From positions 1 to 27,270 of the IMG/VR virus record IMGVR_UViG_3300008448_007388: a stretch of DNA of 27,270 bases. One strand, given 5' to 3'. The stretch's first letter is position 1, and every line of letters begins with the position of its first letter. Positions 25,763 to 27,270 of this stretch are shown piece after piece. The translations under genes and the position numbers were made by a program. The notes beneath the pieces were generated by a model that worked only from the letters and a program-made list of their open reading frames with translations, did no database searches and was not told where the DNA came from. The stretch is from a virus. Taxonomy: Duplodnaviria > Caudoviricetes.

Positions 25763-25949
25763 CTTCTACTTCCAATAGTATTTTACCATCTATGTTTAAC
25801 ACATCACTAACTGTGTATATTTTTCCATTAACTTTCACAAGTACTGGAACATCATTGTATATTTTCTTTATAGTGTCGGCACCACTAGCTAATGCTAGTC
25901 TGCGCCACTCTGATAATATTTTTTGTTGAATTTCATATGCGTCCATCAT
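25755..25949 (-). CDS. Small hypothetical protein between nrdA and nrdB
   Basis: Fills the gap exactly. ATG 25949 overlaps the nrdA stop (ATGA) and its end overlaps the nrdB start. Confidence 0.6.
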   Translation of the reverse strand: MMDAYEIQQKILSEWRRLALASGADTIKKIYNDVPVLVKVNGKIYTVSDVLNIDGKILLEVEDE

Positions 25950-27270
25950 AATACACAACTTTCACAATAATCTTCATCTCCTAATACTTCTTGTTTAACA
26001 AATGGGATAACATTATCTTCTTGCAATGCTACTTTACTACCCACTTTGTTAATCAAACTATAATAGATAGTTTTGATTCCCCACTTGTACGCAAGCATTA
26101 GATTCTTAGCAATCAATGTACCGGGCACCTTACCTTCAGGAAAATATGCAGGATTGTAGAATGTATTAGTACTTAGGCTTTGATCAATATATACTGCTAA
26201 TACAGCCGCTGTCTTTAAGTAGTCAACACAATCTTTCTGATCCCACATCAATTGATAACGATTCTTTAATCGCTTGTATTCCGGGACTACTTGTACAAAT
26301 GATCCAGCTTTGCTTTCTTTAACACTTATCATCTCCATTGGCATTTCAATACCATTTGTTGAGTTAAGTACAACGCTAGAACTTTCAACAGGTGCTACAG
26401 CCATCAGTGTAGCATTTCTAATGCCATACTTCAATAGTTTTTCACGTAGACTTTCCCAATCCATACTAGGGCTAAAGTCTGTTAATTCATTAACACCCTC
26501 ACTTCTGCGTTCCCAGGGGAAGATGCCTTGTCCGTAGAAGGTATGTTGGCTACGACCGCATGCACCACGTTCTTGTGCTAATTCTACACTTGTTTCTGTT
26601 AGATAGTATGCTTGATGTTCCATCCAACGTTTTACTTCTGCCAATGCTTCTGGCGTGCCATATTTATAACTACGCTTTGCATGCCAGTAAGCTAAATTGG
26701 TAATCCCTACACCAAGAGGTTCGAAATCTAAGTTAGCTAACTTACTCTGAACACTCAGGAAGTCTTGATAGCTAAGGAGATTACTTAGACTGCGGACTAA
26801 TACTCTACATGCCTTACGCATTTCTTGGGGCGTCTTAAACGCACCCCAGTTCACACTGCCTAATGTACATAGTGCAATGCGCCCAGCCTCGTCTTCAATA
26901 CGTTGAAAAGGCTTTGTAGGTAATAGTATTTCTTGGCAAAGGTTACTCTGGTAAATCGGATCAAGTTTAGTATCAAACGGACCCTGATTAATTACGTTAT
27001 CAATGAATACTAGATAGATACGACCTGTATCTGTACGTTCTTTTAGTATTCCATTCTTAAATATTTCTACTGCTGGCAACACTTTCTTTTTGATGCCACG
27101 CTTACTTTCGTACATAGTGTACAATTTTTCAAATTCTTCACTATCTCTATAGTATGCTTCATACAAGTCTGGTACATCATGTGGGTCAAACAATGTAATG
27201 TTTTCATTCTTAGCAAAACGATTAAAGAACATCTTATTGACCACAACACTGTAATCCATTTGACGCACAC
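25946..27270 (-). CDS. nrdA: Ribonucleotide reductase class Ia alpha subunit (3' part; start outside the window)
   Basis: ERTDTGRIY, QSNLCQEI (NxCxE active site), ALCTL, GIRNATLMAVAP.ESSS, IDQSLS, KTIYY and C-terminal CESC. Confidence 0.97.
   Translation of the reverse strand, partial: VRQMDYSVVVNKMFFNRFAKNENITLFDPHDVPDLYEAYYRDSEEFEKLYTMYESKRGIKKKVLPAVEIFKNGILKERTDTGRIYLVFIDNVINQGPFDTKLDPIYQSNLCQEILLPTKPFQRIEDEAGRIALCTLGSVNWGAFKTPQEMRKACRVLVRSLSNLLSYQDFLSVQSKLANLDFEPLGVGITNLAYWHAKRSYKYGTPEALAEVKRWMEHQAYYLTETSVELAQERGACGRSQHTFYGQGIFPWERRSEGVNELTDFSPSMDWESLREKLLKYGIRNATLMAVAPVESSSVVLNSTNGIEMPMEMISVKESKAGSFVQVVPEYKRLKNRYQLMWDQKDCVDYLKTAAVLAVYIDQSLSTNTFYNPAYFPEGKVPGTLIAKNLMLAYKWGIKTIYYSLINKVGSKVALQEDNVIPFVKQEVLGDEDYCESCVL

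Noticed and set aside
838-27270. Short opposite-strand or alternative-frame ORFs in the track (838, 1921, 2925, 11954, 12229, 15662, 16347, 17036, 18462, 21985, 22276, 23083, 24490, 26274, 27067)
   Set aside because: They lie over longer genes that have clear motifs, and show no motifs or initiation signals of their own.
1-27270. tRNA, rRNA, CRISPR array, intron, intein or transposase
   Set aside because: There is no non-coding space or repeat-spacer periodicity, and nrdB and the visible part of nrdA are uninterrupted.

Overview
AT-rich, very gene-dense segment of a large T4-like (myovirus-type) phage genome. The right end (about 21.2-27.3 kb, minus strand) holds ordinary phage core genes: nrdA (partial), nrdB, glutaredoxin, a PAAR spike-tip protein, a 677-aa probable virion protein and a SleB-type cell wall hydrolase. 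The left ~21 kb, which runs off the window edge, is an uninterrupted island of about 30 tailoring-type enzyme genes. It contains 13 Fe(II)/2-oxoglutarate oxygenase-fold proteins (11 AspH/2OG-like and 2 TauD-like) and 4 radical SAM proteins: three paralogues with an MJ0619/Tes-type N-terminal CxxC-x20-CxxH domain, plus an N-terminal twitch type that the ORF track missed. It also has 2 pseudokinase-like paralogues, 3 methyltransferases, SGNH-, GNAT- and hexapeptide-type acyl-transfer folds, a QueC-like PP-loop enzyme, a PLP enzyme and a miniature adenylation enzyme. The island switches strand eight times. Three of the four divergent junctions carry back-to-back T4 late-promoter-like (TA)TAAATA boxes only 4-5 nt before the ATG, which suggests leaderless late transcripts; one of these junctions is a perfect 15-bp inverted repeat. 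The substrate of the system is not visible. All functional calls come from reading motifs by eye, with no database search.
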